Positions 1 through 9,522 of a stretch of 64,000 nt of DNA are shown piece after piece; position 1 is the stretch's first letter; the number at the start of each line of letters is the position of its first letter. Under the pieces are notes generated by a model, which worked only from the letters and a program-made list of their open reading frames with translations, did not search any database and was not told the origin of the DNA. A program made the position numbers and the translations under genes. The stretch is from Bacteroidota bacterium (GTDB taxonomy: Bacteria; Bacteroidota; Bacteroidia; JABDFU01), in the NCBI GenBank assembly GCA_016183775.1, contig JACPDY010000001.1, positions 2,190-66,189 on the forward strand, written 5' to 3'.

Positions 1-1
1 A

Positions 2-589
2 ATTGGATTTAAAATTGTTGACGAAACAGAAAATCTCATTTCATTTAGAATCGGTTATTCAAAATTAATATTTAAATCAATAAACAATAATTTAAATCCT
101 AAATATCATTTTGCGTTTAACATTCCAACAAATAAAATAGAAGAAGCAATTGAATGGACTTCACAACGAGCAAAGCTAATTCATACAAAAAATGAAAGCA
201 TTATTACTGATTTTGAAAATTGGAATGCAAAGGCTATTTATTTTTTCGATAACAATCAAAATATTTTAGAATTCATAAGCAGAACAGATTTAAATAATCC
301 AACTGACAAAGAATTTTCAATTGAAACTGTATTAAACATTAATGAAGTTGGTCTTGTAGTTGATCGTCCAATAAAAATTGGAGAAGATATAAACAGAAAA
401 GTTGCAACAGATTTTTTTGCCAAAGGACCAAAACGAGATGACTTTGCCGCAGTAGGAGATGAAATAGGACTATTTGTAATATCAAATCCAAACAGAAAAT
501 GGTATCCAACAGAACAATTGGCAGAAAGGTGGAAAATAAAAACCGTGATAAAAATTGACGGCACAGAACATGAACTTGAATTTAATTAA
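2..589 (+). CDS. VOC (glyoxalase/bleomycin-resistance/dioxygenase) superfamily-like protein, 5' end outside window
   Basis: The frame is stop-free from nt 2 to the TAA at 587-589. It is absent from the ORF track because no start codon lies in the window. The translation (...KYHFAFNIPTNKIEEAIEW...NWNAKAIYFFDNNQNILEFISR...GLFVISNPNRKWYP...) resembles tandem VOC modules. The segment is markedly more AT-rich than the housekeeping genes. Confidence 0.45.
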   Translation: MGFKIVDETENLISFRIGYSKLIFKSINNNLNPKYHFAFNIPTNKIEEAIEWTSQRAKLIHTKNESIITDFENWNAKAIYFFDNNQNILEFISRTDLNNPTDKEFSIETVLNINEVGLVVDRPIKIGEDINRKVATDFFAKGPKRDDFAAVGDEIGLFVISNPNRKWYPTEQLAERWKIKTVIKIDGTEHELEFN

Positions 590-698
590 TCAAAAGGCTA
601 CAGTTAAAAGAGGGTTTGAAAAGCTCCCCACTTTTTGATTTCCAATATTTAAACTATTTTCAATCACATAAAACAAGTGGTTACAGTATATTTACTTT

Positions 699-3698
699 AT
701 GACTTTACATAGCCGGCCCACTAAACTTACTTCATTCATAATATATTTATCTGTTTTAATTGCTTCTCCAGTAATCTCTGCTGCGGGCAATACTTCAAAA
801 ACAATTGATTTGAAGTTAAATTCCAATGCATGCGGACGGATCCGGAATCACGCTGTTCAATTTCTTGAAAACAAAGGCCAAATGACTGATGTTAACGGAC
901 AACCTGTTCCATCTGTATTGTTTAAAACACAAGTCCCGGGTATGGACATGTATTTAACAGACAAAGGATTGACCTACATTTTCATTGACTCCCTGGGCGA
1001 AAAAGAAAACGAAGAAGTCGACGAAAAAAAACATGATGAAAAAAAAATTGAAAAGAGGTGGAGCCGTATTGACATGACTTTTTCAGGAGCATCCATCAAA
1101 AAGGAAAATACTATAAAAGAAAAACAGTCTTCGTCAAATTACAATTATTTCTATGGACATTGCCCCGAAGGCATTTATGGGGTAAAGCAGTATGAAAAAA
1201 TAACCATTAAAAATATTTACCCCGGAATAGATTGGGTATTGTATAATTCCGGAGAGAATGGATTTAAATATGATCTCATCGTTAATCCCGGTGCTAACCC
1301 CGATGCGATAGAACTTATATACTCATCATTAAATCCAATAACAATCGACTCAAGTGGAAATGTAAGATCAGAAACTGAATTAGGAACCTTAACTGAAAAC
1401 GCCCCGGTTAGCTTTCAAGATAAAACGGAGATACAAAGCCGGTTTATAAAAAGCAGAGTTGTGAAAAATGAAGCGGGCATTTATAACACGTATCTTAAAT
1501 TTTCTATTGGCAATTATGATTACAACAGACTACTTAGAATTGACCCTCAACTTGTTTGGGGTACATTTTATGGAGGCTTTGCTCACGAAGGGTTTATGAG
1601 TTTTGACACTGACGCAAGCGGAAATTTATATGTGACAGGATATTCCAATTCAGATAATTTCCCGGTATTAAACTCCGGTACATATTTTAGCGGCACTTTT
1701 GGCGGCAATTGGCCCGCAAATGATGCGGTAGTTCTGAAATTTTCAAACTCAGGTGTACTGCTTTGGGCAACCTATTTTGGAGGAAGTCAGAATGATGCAG
1801 GCAGTATAATAAAAATTGATGCGAATAATAATATATTAGTTACCGGCAATACAAATAGTACCGACTTCCCGGTTCTAAATCCTTTCCAACCAACAATTGG
1901 AGGCAGTTATGACGCTTTCGCAATAAAATTTAATAGTTCCGGAGCCTTGCAATGGGCAACATATTACGGAGGTTCGAATGATGAAAACAGGCACAATAAT
2001 ATTGCGGGAGGAATAACAACAGATAATGTGGGCAATGTTTTTATTGTCGGAAGTACACGGTCGACAAATTTTCCTGTCCAGAATTCGGGCACGTATTTTT
2101 CTGGTCTGTTAAAAGGAAGCAGCGATGGTTTTATTGTAAAGTTTAGCAGTACAGGAATGTGTTTGTGGGGAACCTACTACGGAGGCACTAATAATGATGA
2201 GATAAATTCAATTGCAACCGATGCATTAGGGGATATTTGCATAATTGGAACAACTCTTTCCGGAAATTTTCCTGTAAAAACATCGGGGGCAGCTTATTTT
2301 GATAATGCTGCAGCTGGCATGGATGCATTTGTTTCAAAATTTACAAATACCGGGATTCATACCTGGTCAACATATTTTGGAGGAACGAGCGGCATTGATG
2401 AAGGCATCTGTATTATAATTGATAGAACCGGAAACATTATTATTGAAGGAAATACAAGTTCATCGGATTTTCCACTTTTAAACCCGGGAGGATCCTCATA
2501 TTTCGACAATACCTATAATGGAGGTGTACAGGATGTCTATTTAGCAAAATTTTCCAGCATCGGTATTCTAACTTGGTCCACTTTTTATGGTGGGAATGGA
2601 AGAGATGGCCATTCTCTTTCAAAAACCTATGATAACCTTGCTGTTGATCAGTGTAACAATATATATTATTACTTTTCTACTACATCTACTGATATTAATT
2701 CACTTGATCAACAATGTGGTACTTTTTTTGATGGCACTTACGGTGGCGGTGGTTGCTGTAACAGCTTTGGAGATTGTTATATTACGGAGTTCTCTGCTTC
2801 ATGTAAATTACTTTGGGCAAGCTATGTTGGTGGTACTGAAGAAGATTTCAGAACACCTGTTGCTACAGACATTTACAACAACCTGTTTATTGGAGGAGAA
2901 TGGCCAAATTATACATCAAGTTCCGGCCTTCCTGTTTTAAATCCGGGTGGAGGAGCGTATTATAAAAACTCACCTGTTGCCGGTGATGACAGTTTTATCC
3001 TCAAGTTAATCCCGATATTACCAACCTATACACAATCTCAGGTCAACACATGCGCCTGCAACGGAACTGCGGCACTAAATATAACATGCGGCACTGCACC
3101 TTACAATTACGTATGGAGCAATGCCACTCAAACCATTGGTAGTAATTCAACAAGCAATTTCATAACAAATATTTGTGCGGGTGCTTATTGGGTGGAGGTA
3201 AAAGACGGTGCGTGTAACCGTGACACGCTTCACTTTACAATTAACGGAAGCAGCTTAACTTTAACTACCTCTCAAAATAACGCAACTTGCAGCAGCGCAG
3301 GTACAGCAACGGTATCCGTTTCCGCAAATGGAACTGCACCTTACACATATAGCTGGGCATCAGGTGGACAAACCACACAAACCTCAACAGGGCTATCTCC
3401 CGGAACATACACAGTTACGGTTTCCGACATAAATGGCTGCACCTCCACCTCAACAGTCACAATTTCTTCACCCCCACCCCTCACAGCTCAATTTACAAAA
3501 GGCACAGCTAACTGCCCGGGTTGCGGTTGTAAAGAATGGTTATTGGTAACTGCCGCTGGCGGCACAAGCCCTTATAGTTATACCTGGCCGGATGGATATG
3601 TTAACAGGTATAAAAACAACCTTTGTCCGGGAGTTTATTTGGTAAATGTTAAAGATAAGAACGGGTGCAGTGTAAATGTCAGCCTTACTTCACCATGA
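699..3698 (+). CDS. Giant secreted SBBP beta-propeller-repeat / SprB-repeat protein, paralog 1
   Basis: 999-aa ORF with an ATG start and a hydrophobic N-terminus (FIIYLSVLIASPVISAAG). It has the family N-domain motif FLENKGQMTD..G.PVP.VLF and ...GIDWVLYNS...GFKYD..V.PGA. Repeated blades follow the pattern W.TY.GG...D.G..I..D..GN..V.G.T.S..FP......DAF..KF (SBBP type). SprB-type repeats (C.....PY.Y.WS........L..G.Y.V.V.D..GC) follow, ending in the terminal CPGCGCKEW module. Confidence 0.9.
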   Translation: MTLHSRPTKLTSFIIYLSVLIASPVISAAGNTSKTIDLKLNSNACGRIRNHAVQFLENKGQMTDVNGQPVPSVLFKTQVPGMDMYLTDKGLTYIFIDSLGEKENEEVDEKKHDEKKIEKRWSRIDMTFSGASIKKENTIKEKQSSSNYNYFYGHCPEGIYGVKQYEKITIKNIYPGIDWVLYNSGENGFKYDLIVNPGANPDAIELIYSSLNPITIDSSGNVRSETELGTLTENAPVSFQDKTEIQSRFIKSRVVKNEAGIYNTYLKFSIGNYDYNRLLRIDPQLVWGTFYGGFAHEGFMSFDTDASGNLYVTGYSNSDNFPVLNSGTYFSGTFGGNWPANDAVVLKFSNSGVLLWATYFGGSQNDAGSIIKIDANNNILVTGNTNSTDFPVLNPFQPTIGGSYDAFAIKFNSSGALQWATYYGGSNDENRHNNIAGGITTDNVGNVFIVGSTRSTNFPVQNSGTYFSGLLKGSSDGFIVKFSSTGMCLWGTYYGGTNNDEINSIATDALGDICIIGTTLSGNFPVKTSGAAYFDNAAAGMDAFVSKFTNTGIHTWSTYFGGTSGIDEGICIIIDRTGNIIIEGNTSSSDFPLLNPGGSSYFDNTYNGGVQDVYLAKFSSIGILTWSTFYGGNGRDGHSLSKTYDNLAVDQCNNIYYYFSTTSTDINSLDQQCGTFFDGTYGGGGCCNSFGDCYITEFSASCKLLWASYVGGTEEDFRTPVATDIYNNLFIGGEWPNYTSSSGLPVLNPGGGAYYKNSPVAGDDSFILKLIPILPTYTQSQVNTCACNGTAALNITCGTAPYNYVWSNATQTIGSNSTSNFITNICAGAYWVEVKDGACNRDTLHFTINGSSLTLTTSQNNATCSSAGTATVSVSANGTAPYTYSWASGGQTTQTSTGLSPGTYTVTVSDINGCTSTSTVTISSPPPLTAQFTKGTANCPGCGCKEWLLVTAAGGTSPYSYTWPDGYVNRYKNNLCPGVYLVNVKDKNGCSVNVSLTSP

Positions 3699-3766
3699 TA
3701 CGACCATTGGGATAGCTTGCTGTGTCTGGCATTTGGCCATAAATATATTAAGCTTACCGGGAGCCT

Positions 3767-5323
3767 TTAACTGCCAACTGATCTCATTTTCTCTTTCACC
3801 ATTTCAGCAAATGTTTTATTTTTTATTTTGCTATCTATCCAGGAAATAATATCAAAAGGATCAAGAGCGGAGGATTCATAAGGGGATTTTAAAGCTTTTG
3901 TTATTTTGACCTTGAGTTTTTTAAATTCACTTAACTCCTCATTTGTATTGATCTTCGCATAGTTTTGAATAAAAGAAACAATTATAGATTCTACTTTATA
4001 AACCTTTTTTTGTTTTTTGAAATAGCGTTGTGCAGCGAGATTCATATATTCCAGATGATCATAGTTTTTTAATTCGAAATTATTGATGAGGTTTAAAATC
4101 TTCATTGAAATCATAATATCTTCTCTGAACATTTCCTTCGGCAGGTTGAATAACTCATTTATCCAATGTAAACTTTCTTTGTAGTACCCTACACCAAAAC
4201 AGGTATAGGCATAGTTACCAATGAAAACAAGAAGATATTCCTTGGCCATTTTATTTTTAAATTTCAAAAATGTGGGAAGAAACTGATTTCCCGCTGTCAT
4301 TCCATTAGCCAATTGCCCCATGTGATTTAGAAGAGAAAGCTCTTCTATGTAACCATATTGAATAACTTTTATATATGCATCGTCAGTTTCTTTAAGGTTA
4401 AAGGCTGATGGGATCGACTTTATTTTTTTTATGGTATTCAGTGCTTCGATATGGTTTTTAGTCAATATCTGATCAAGTAATAAATTGCCGATCGAGTCGA
4501 TATAAGCAGCCACTTCCTGTTTGTTGTTTTTATTAAGTTTTGTTTCTATTAAGGCTAAGCCTTTAAGTGCATATGTTCCTGCTTTTGCATGATCTCCAAT
4601 CAGGAAATAGTAATTTTGAAAAATGAAATACTTTAATTTTTTAGAAAAGCTTGTTGTTGTAATTGTTTCATCATTCATAAGCGGATGTCGGATGATATCG
4701 TCAAATAGTTTTTTTTCTTTCCCTGATCTTAATTCGTTTCCCTTTTCTTTCATGTGCATTTCAACTTTATGGGCAAGTTGTTTGTATTCATTTTCTGTTG
4801 AAAGAAGCCTGTGAATATTTTTTTCTTCTTCGAGTAGTTTGAATATTCTGCTATTTACCTGTTTTCTGTTTATAAAATACCTCAATAGTATTCTTCTTTC
4901 CAGCTGAGCAATGTATAATATAAGTTCAAATCTTTCAGAAGTGTATGCTGTTTTTTTTATTCTAAGAAGCCTACTGTATGCATCTTCATACATGGACTTA
5001 TTTATGAGGATTGTAATATGACCTATTCCTTGCATAATTACTGAATCGATCTGCTTCCCCTTGTCAAATAGCTCCAGACTTTCTAATATCTTTTGGTATA
5101 GATGATACTTGGTGCTGGGAATATTTTTAATGACACCCGACAAATCTTTATAAATATCTTTTTCGGAATAGTTCTCCTGGTTTTCAATGGCATCGAAAAG
5201 CGTTATGTAATGACTGAAGTCTTTGATGAGGTGTCTTGACACATAAAGCTTAAAATAACGCTTTTCAGACTTTGTCAGGGACTTTATAAGTCGGAATAGT
5301 GGATCATGGTTTAGTTTAGACAT
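3767..5323 (-). CDS. Uncharacterised all-helical (TPR-like) protein, paralog of 21349-22854; candidate regulator/partner of giant paralog 2
   Basis: 518-aa ORF. It shares the N-terminus LIKSL.KSEKR.FKL and the C-terminus W..SKI..K.FA..VKEK with the 501-aa ORF at 21349-22854. It is lysine/leucine-rich and helical in character, with no catalytic or HTH motif I can name. It is divergent from 5453-9514. Confidence 0.8.
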   Translation of the reverse strand: MSKLNHDPLFRLIKSLTKSEKRYFKLYVSRHLIKDFSHYITLFDAIENQENYSEKDIYKDLSGVIKNIPSTKYHLYQKILESLELFDKGKQIDSVIMQGIGHITILINKSMYEDAYSRLLRIKKTAYTSERFELILYIAQLERRILLRYFINRKQVNSRIFKLLEEEKNIHRLLSTENEYKQLAHKVEMHMKEKGNELRSGKEKKLFDDIIRHPLMNDETITTTSFSKKLKYFIFQNYYFLIGDHAKAGTYALKGLALIETKLNKNNKQEVAAYIDSIGNLLLDQILTKNHIEALNTIKKIKSIPSAFNLKETDDAYIKVIQYGYIEELSLLNHMGQLANGMTAGNQFLPTFLKFKNKMAKEYLLVFIGNYAYTCFGVGYYKESLHWINELFNLPKEMFREDIMISMKILNLINNFELKNYDHLEYMNLAAQRYFKKQKKVYKVESIIVSFIQNYAKINTNEELSEFKKLKVKITKALKSPYESSALDPFDIISWIDSKIKNKTFAEMVKEKMRSVGS

Positions 5324-5452
5324 AATATAAATATATACTAAAAACTATTAAAAATAGCTATTATATATATATTAGTTATTATAGACATAATATAATATTG
5401 CGTAACTTGTTTTGGAATCAGGATGTAGAAAGGTTTAACTTAGATTTATGGG

Positions 5453-8400
5453 ATGGAATTTTTAACTGATATCTCAGATTTAACCGGAGACAAAATGAAT
5501 ATAACATCAAATATAGCGACCTCGTTAAATACAAAGTGCTGTAATTTACAATCAGCTATTTTTATCAATATACTCATCCTTGTATTGTTTAGTTTAATTA
5601 TTGGTATATGTCCCGTATATGGTCAACGCTTCGCCAATGCAATTGGCACCGGAAAAGGAGGATCTGATACAGGAGTTAAAAGTGTTGCGAGAGGAAATGG
5701 GATGAGTTTCGCTCCAAATAAGGGACAGATTGTTGATATGGATGGCAAACTCAGGCCGGATGTATTATACCACGGGGGTGGGGGTGGAGCTGATGTATAC
5801 CTGCGTCTAACAGGGATGTCATACGTTTATACTAATATGGGTGAAGTAATTAATGAGGCGGATGAGTATGTGGAGAATTTAATTGAGTCAGGTATAATAA
5901 CCGAGTCGGATGAAAATGAGAAGAAGGAAGATTTTTTGCGTACGCAAAATGTAAAGATGCATAGGGTGGATATGGATTTCCTGAATTGCATGACAAGCAT
6001 AAGTTGTGTTAACGAAGATGAACTGGAAGGTTGCGAGAATTATTATTATGCACATTGCCCGCTTGGAGTAACCAATGTAAAGCAGTATAACAGGGTCACT
6101 TATAAAAATATTTATAAAAATATTGATGTGGTTTATTGCGGTGACCGACAAAATGGTATTAAATATGATCTGGTTGTACAACCACATGCTGATCCGAATC
6201 AGATACAGCTCAACTGGAAAGGCGCCGAGCATATATATATTGACCGACAAGGTGGCCTGGTGATCAAAACAAGTGTAAATGAATTTTATGAATCAATACC
6301 CAGGGTTTATCAGAATATAAATGGGCAAATTGTTGATGTTGATGCCAGGTATATTCTTAATGGAACCGTTGTGACCTTTGAACTTGGAACCTGGAACCCG
6401 GAGTTTCCTTTGATTATTGATCCCTGGGCAACCTATTTTTCAGGGACATCGGGTGCAATCCAATCCTGTTCAGGCAGCGATATTGCTACGGATGGATTTG
6501 GGAATGTAGCCTCAACAGGCTGGACAGCTTCAGGTAGTTTGCCGGTTAGTGCAGGTTCATTCCAGGCAAGTTACAGGGGTTCAGGTGATTGTTTTGTGAC
6601 CAAATTTTCCATTTCAGGGGCACGTATTTTTGGTACATACTTTGGCGGGTCGTCAAATGATTATGGTTTTGGTTTGACAATTGATGGCAATAATGATATT
6701 TTGGTTTCTGGAAAAACTCAATCCGGTAATTTTCCAACCATGAATGCCGGCGGAGGTGCTTATTTTCAGGCTGCCAGTGCAGGAGGATTTGACGCTTTCA
6801 TTGCCAAATTCACTCCTGCCGGGGTCCTCACATGGTCTACACTATATGGCGGCTCATTAGCTGATGAAGGAATAGATGTGAAAACCGATGGTGCAAACAA
6901 TGTAGTGCTTGTTGGAACAACGCAGTCTGTTAGCTTTCCCGTACAGGCACCTTATCAGGCGGTAATTGGTGCTGGTGCAACACAAAACGCATTTGTGGTA
7001 AAATTTAACAGTAATTGTGTAAGACAATGGGCAACCTATTACGGAGGATCAAGTCGTGACGGTGCAGTTGGGGTTGCCTGCAATGCGGTAGGAGATATTT
7101 TTGTTACCGGTTATACAAGCTCAACTAATTTTCCTGTAATGTCGGGTTATCAAATGACTTCCGGTGGATCTACAGATGCATTTGCATTGAAGTTATCAGG
7201 AGCAAATGGTTTTCCGGTTTGGTCTACTTATTATGGAGGTTCTGATATTGATCATAGTTTTTCTATAGCAGTGGATGGTGCAGGTGATGTTGTTTTTGTT
7301 GGAAACATGAGGTCTACTGGTTTTATTCAAAGTTCCGGGGCAAATCAAACTATTATAGGAGGAGGTATGGGCGATGCTTTTATAGCAAAGTTTAATACTT
7401 CTGGTAATCGTTTATGGGGAACATATCATGGCGGAAGTGATTGGGAAGTTTCAGCGGGATGCGCTATTGATGCGAACAACAATATTTATTGGTATGGAGA
7501 AATTGAGGACAGTCCACCCCGCAGTTTTTTTGTCAGCCAATGTGCGTATCAACCATATAGGTATCAACATCAACCGCAAATTGCCGGTCCGGATGACGAG
7601 GATTTTTATATTTCAAAATTTGATCCGAATGGAACACTTCTTTGTACAACTACCTTTGGCGGGCCCAATGAAGAGGATGGTGATCAGAATCCGCATACGG
7701 ATATTGCAATATTTGGCAAATATATTTATGCTACGGGTTGGGTCTCCGATAATTTCCCCGTTACTTCCGGGGCATTTCAAACCACATCGGTACCGAGGCC
7801 CAATGGTGGAAATGCATTCATTGCTCAATTGTGTATTAATATTTGTCAGCCTAAATTCATTGGCATTGATAATGTGGCAGCGAGTCAAACAATAGTTTGT
7901 CCTAATGTTCCAATCGCTTTTACATCAGCCGTAAATAAAACAACCTGCAGTGATACCACATTAAAATTTAAATGGACTTTTACCGGCGGCACACCGAACA
8001 CTTCAATTGTTCAAAATCCGACAATTACATATAGCACTCCCGGACTCTATACGGTAAAGTTGGTTGTAAATAATCTTTGTCAAACAGATTCTGTGATAAA
8101 AACAAATTATATCCTTGTTCAGCCATGCGCAATAAGTGCTTCAGCAACGGGCGCTACAGTTTGTCCGAATAGTTGCGCCAATATAACAGCTGCCGGCCTT
8201 AGCGGAACAAATCCGTATACTTACAAATGGAGCACAGGAGCTAATACTTCTGTAATTAATGTTTGCCCCGCTGCTACAACAGCTTACACAGTCACAGTAA
8301 CTGATGCCTCAGGAAACTCTGCTACGGTGGCGGCATTGGTAAATGTAAGATTCTCGGTCATTGCTACCACTTCAAGTTCAAATATTAAATGCAATAATGT

Positions 8401-9514
8401 TGTAAAGACAGGTGATGCATTTGTACAGGTTACCACAGGTGTCTGGTCATATTCATACAGTTGGAGTAATGGTTTCACTACACAGTGGGCTACAGGGCTT
8501 ACTGCGGGCAATCATACGGTTACGGTTACAGATGGGGATGGATGTAAAATAACCAAAGTGGTTACAATTGTTGATCCAAATCCGGTTGCATCTTTTACCA
8601 AACCAGCTACGATTTGTGTTGGATCAGGTTCCATATTTACTTTCACGGGAACAACAGGTGTAGATATGAGGTATAGCTGGACTGTCGGAGCTCCGGTTAA
8701 TGTAAGTGGCACTACTTCGAGTTTCTCATATACGTTTTTAACTGCAGGCTCATATAGTATTACTTATTCTGTTTCTAACCAAAATCCAAATTACATCGGC
8801 TGTAGTGCTTCAACTACAAACACAGTGACAGTAATTAGTTGTACAGGCCCCATCGTAACAGCAACGGGCAGTTCGGTTTGCCCTGGTTTTTGTGCTTCTG
8901 TTACTTCTATTGGCACCGGTGGTACTGTTCCGTATACTTATTCATGGAGCAATGGTGCCACTACACAAAATATAAATTCATGCCCGGCAACAACCACAAC
9001 TTACACAGTAATAATAAAAGATGCGGGTGGAAATACATCTACATCAAGTGCAGTTGTAACCGTCAACCCCGGAATTACCGTAACAACGGTTGCCACAACT
9101 ATAAATTGTAATGGCAGTACAGGATCTGTTTCTGCTTCAGGCAGTAATGGAACTTCACCGTATACATACGTATGGAGTAATGGTTCAACTGGGGCGGTGG
9201 TTTCTGGATTGGCTGGAGCCGGTTATACCATAACTGTAACTGATGGTAAAGGTTGTACGGGTGTTTCAACGGCCACAATAGTTTCGCCGCCGCCATTGGT
9301 CGGACAAATTACAAAGGGTACTGCAGCTTGCATGGGTTGTGGCTGTAAAGAATGGATTATGGTAACTGCCACGGGCGGAACAAGCCCGTATAGTTATACC
9401 TGGCCGGATGGATATATCAACAGATATAAAAATAACCTTTGCCCGGGAGCTTATTTGGTAAATGTTAAAGATAAGAACGGGTGTAGTGTAAATGTTAATG
9501 TCGCTACGCCCTGA
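5453..9514 (+). CDS. Giant secreted SBBP / PKD / SprB-repeat protein, paralog 2
   Basis: 1353-aa ORF. An alternative start at the ATG at 5495 (MNITSN...) sits closer to the hydrophobic segment FINILILVLFSLIIGICPVYG. It has SBBP-type blades, PKD-like segments (FKWTFTGGTPNTSIVQNPTITYSTPGLYTVKL), several SprB-type repeats, and the terminal CMGCGCKEW module. Confidence 0.9.
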   Translation: MEFLTDISDLTGDKMNITSNIATSLNTKCCNLQSAIFINILILVLFSLIIGICPVYGQRFANAIGTGKGGSDTGVKSVARGNGMSFAPNKGQIVDMDGKLRPDVLYHGGGGGADVYLRLTGMSYVYTNMGEVINEADEYVENLIESGIITESDENEKKEDFLRTQNVKMHRVDMDFLNCMTSISCVNEDELEGCENYYYAHCPLGVTNVKQYNRVTYKNIYKNIDVVYCGDRQNGIKYDLVVQPHADPNQIQLNWKGAEHIYIDRQGGLVIKTSVNEFYESIPRVYQNINGQIVDVDARYILNGTVVTFELGTWNPEFPLIIDPWATYFSGTSGAIQSCSGSDIATDGFGNVASTGWTASGSLPVSAGSFQASYRGSGDCFVTKFSISGARIFGTYFGGSSNDYGFGLTIDGNNDILVSGKTQSGNFPTMNAGGGAYFQAASAGGFDAFIAKFTPAGVLTWSTLYGGSLADEGIDVKTDGANNVVLVGTTQSVSFPVQAPYQAVIGAGATQNAFVVKFNSNCVRQWATYYGGSSRDGAVGVACNAVGDIFVTGYTSSTNFPVMSGYQMTSGGSTDAFALKLSGANGFPVWSTYYGGSDIDHSFSIAVDGAGDVVFVGNMRSTGFIQSSGANQTIIGGGMGDAFIAKFNTSGNRLWGTYHGGSDWEVSAGCAIDANNNIYWYGEIEDSPPRSFFVSQCAYQPYRYQHQPQIAGPDDEDFYISKFDPNGTLLCTTTFGGPNEEDGDQNPHTDIAIFGKYIYATGWVSDNFPVTSGAFQTTSVPRPNGGNAFIAQLCINICQPKFIGIDNVAASQTIVCPNVPIAFTSAVNKTTCSDTTLKFKWTFTGGTPNTSIVQNPTITYSTPGLYTVKLVVNNLCQTDSVIKTNYILVQPCAISASATGATVCPNSCANITAAGLSGTNPYTYKWSTGANTSVINVCPAATTAYTVTVTDASGNSATVAALVNVRFSVIATTSSSNIKCNNVVKTGDAFVQVTTGVWSYSYSWSNGFTTQWATGLTAGNHTVTVTDGDGCKITKVVTIVDPNPVASFTKPATICVGSGSIFTFTGTTGVDMRYSWTVGAPVNVSGTTSSFSYTFLTAGSYSITYSVSNQNPNYIGCSASTTNTVTVISCTGPIVTATGSSVCPGFCASVTSIGTGGTVPYTYSWSNGATTQNINSCPATTTTYTVIIKDAGGNTSTSSAVVTVNPGITVTTVATTINCNGSTGSVSASGSNGTSPYTYVWSNGSTGAVVSGLAGAGYTITVTDGKGCTGVSTATIVSPPPLVGQITKGTAACMGCGCKEWIMVTATGGTSPYSYTWPDGYINRYKNNLCPGAYLVNVKDKNGCSVNVNVATP

Positions 9515-9522
9515 TACAATTT

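Noticed and set aside
256-564. 102-aa ORF on the - strand at the window start
   Set aside because: It lies antisense to a longer stop-free + frame (2-589) that gives a sensible VOC-like protein. Its own translation is low-complexity (FIF..FLF..) as expected from AT-rich shadow frames.
5324-5452. Invertible-promoter (shufflon / fim-like) phase switch in the spacers between helical-protein and giant genes (also 22855-23095)
   Set aside because: I found no flanking inverted repeats in either spacer, and no tyrosine or serine recombinase gene is present in the window.
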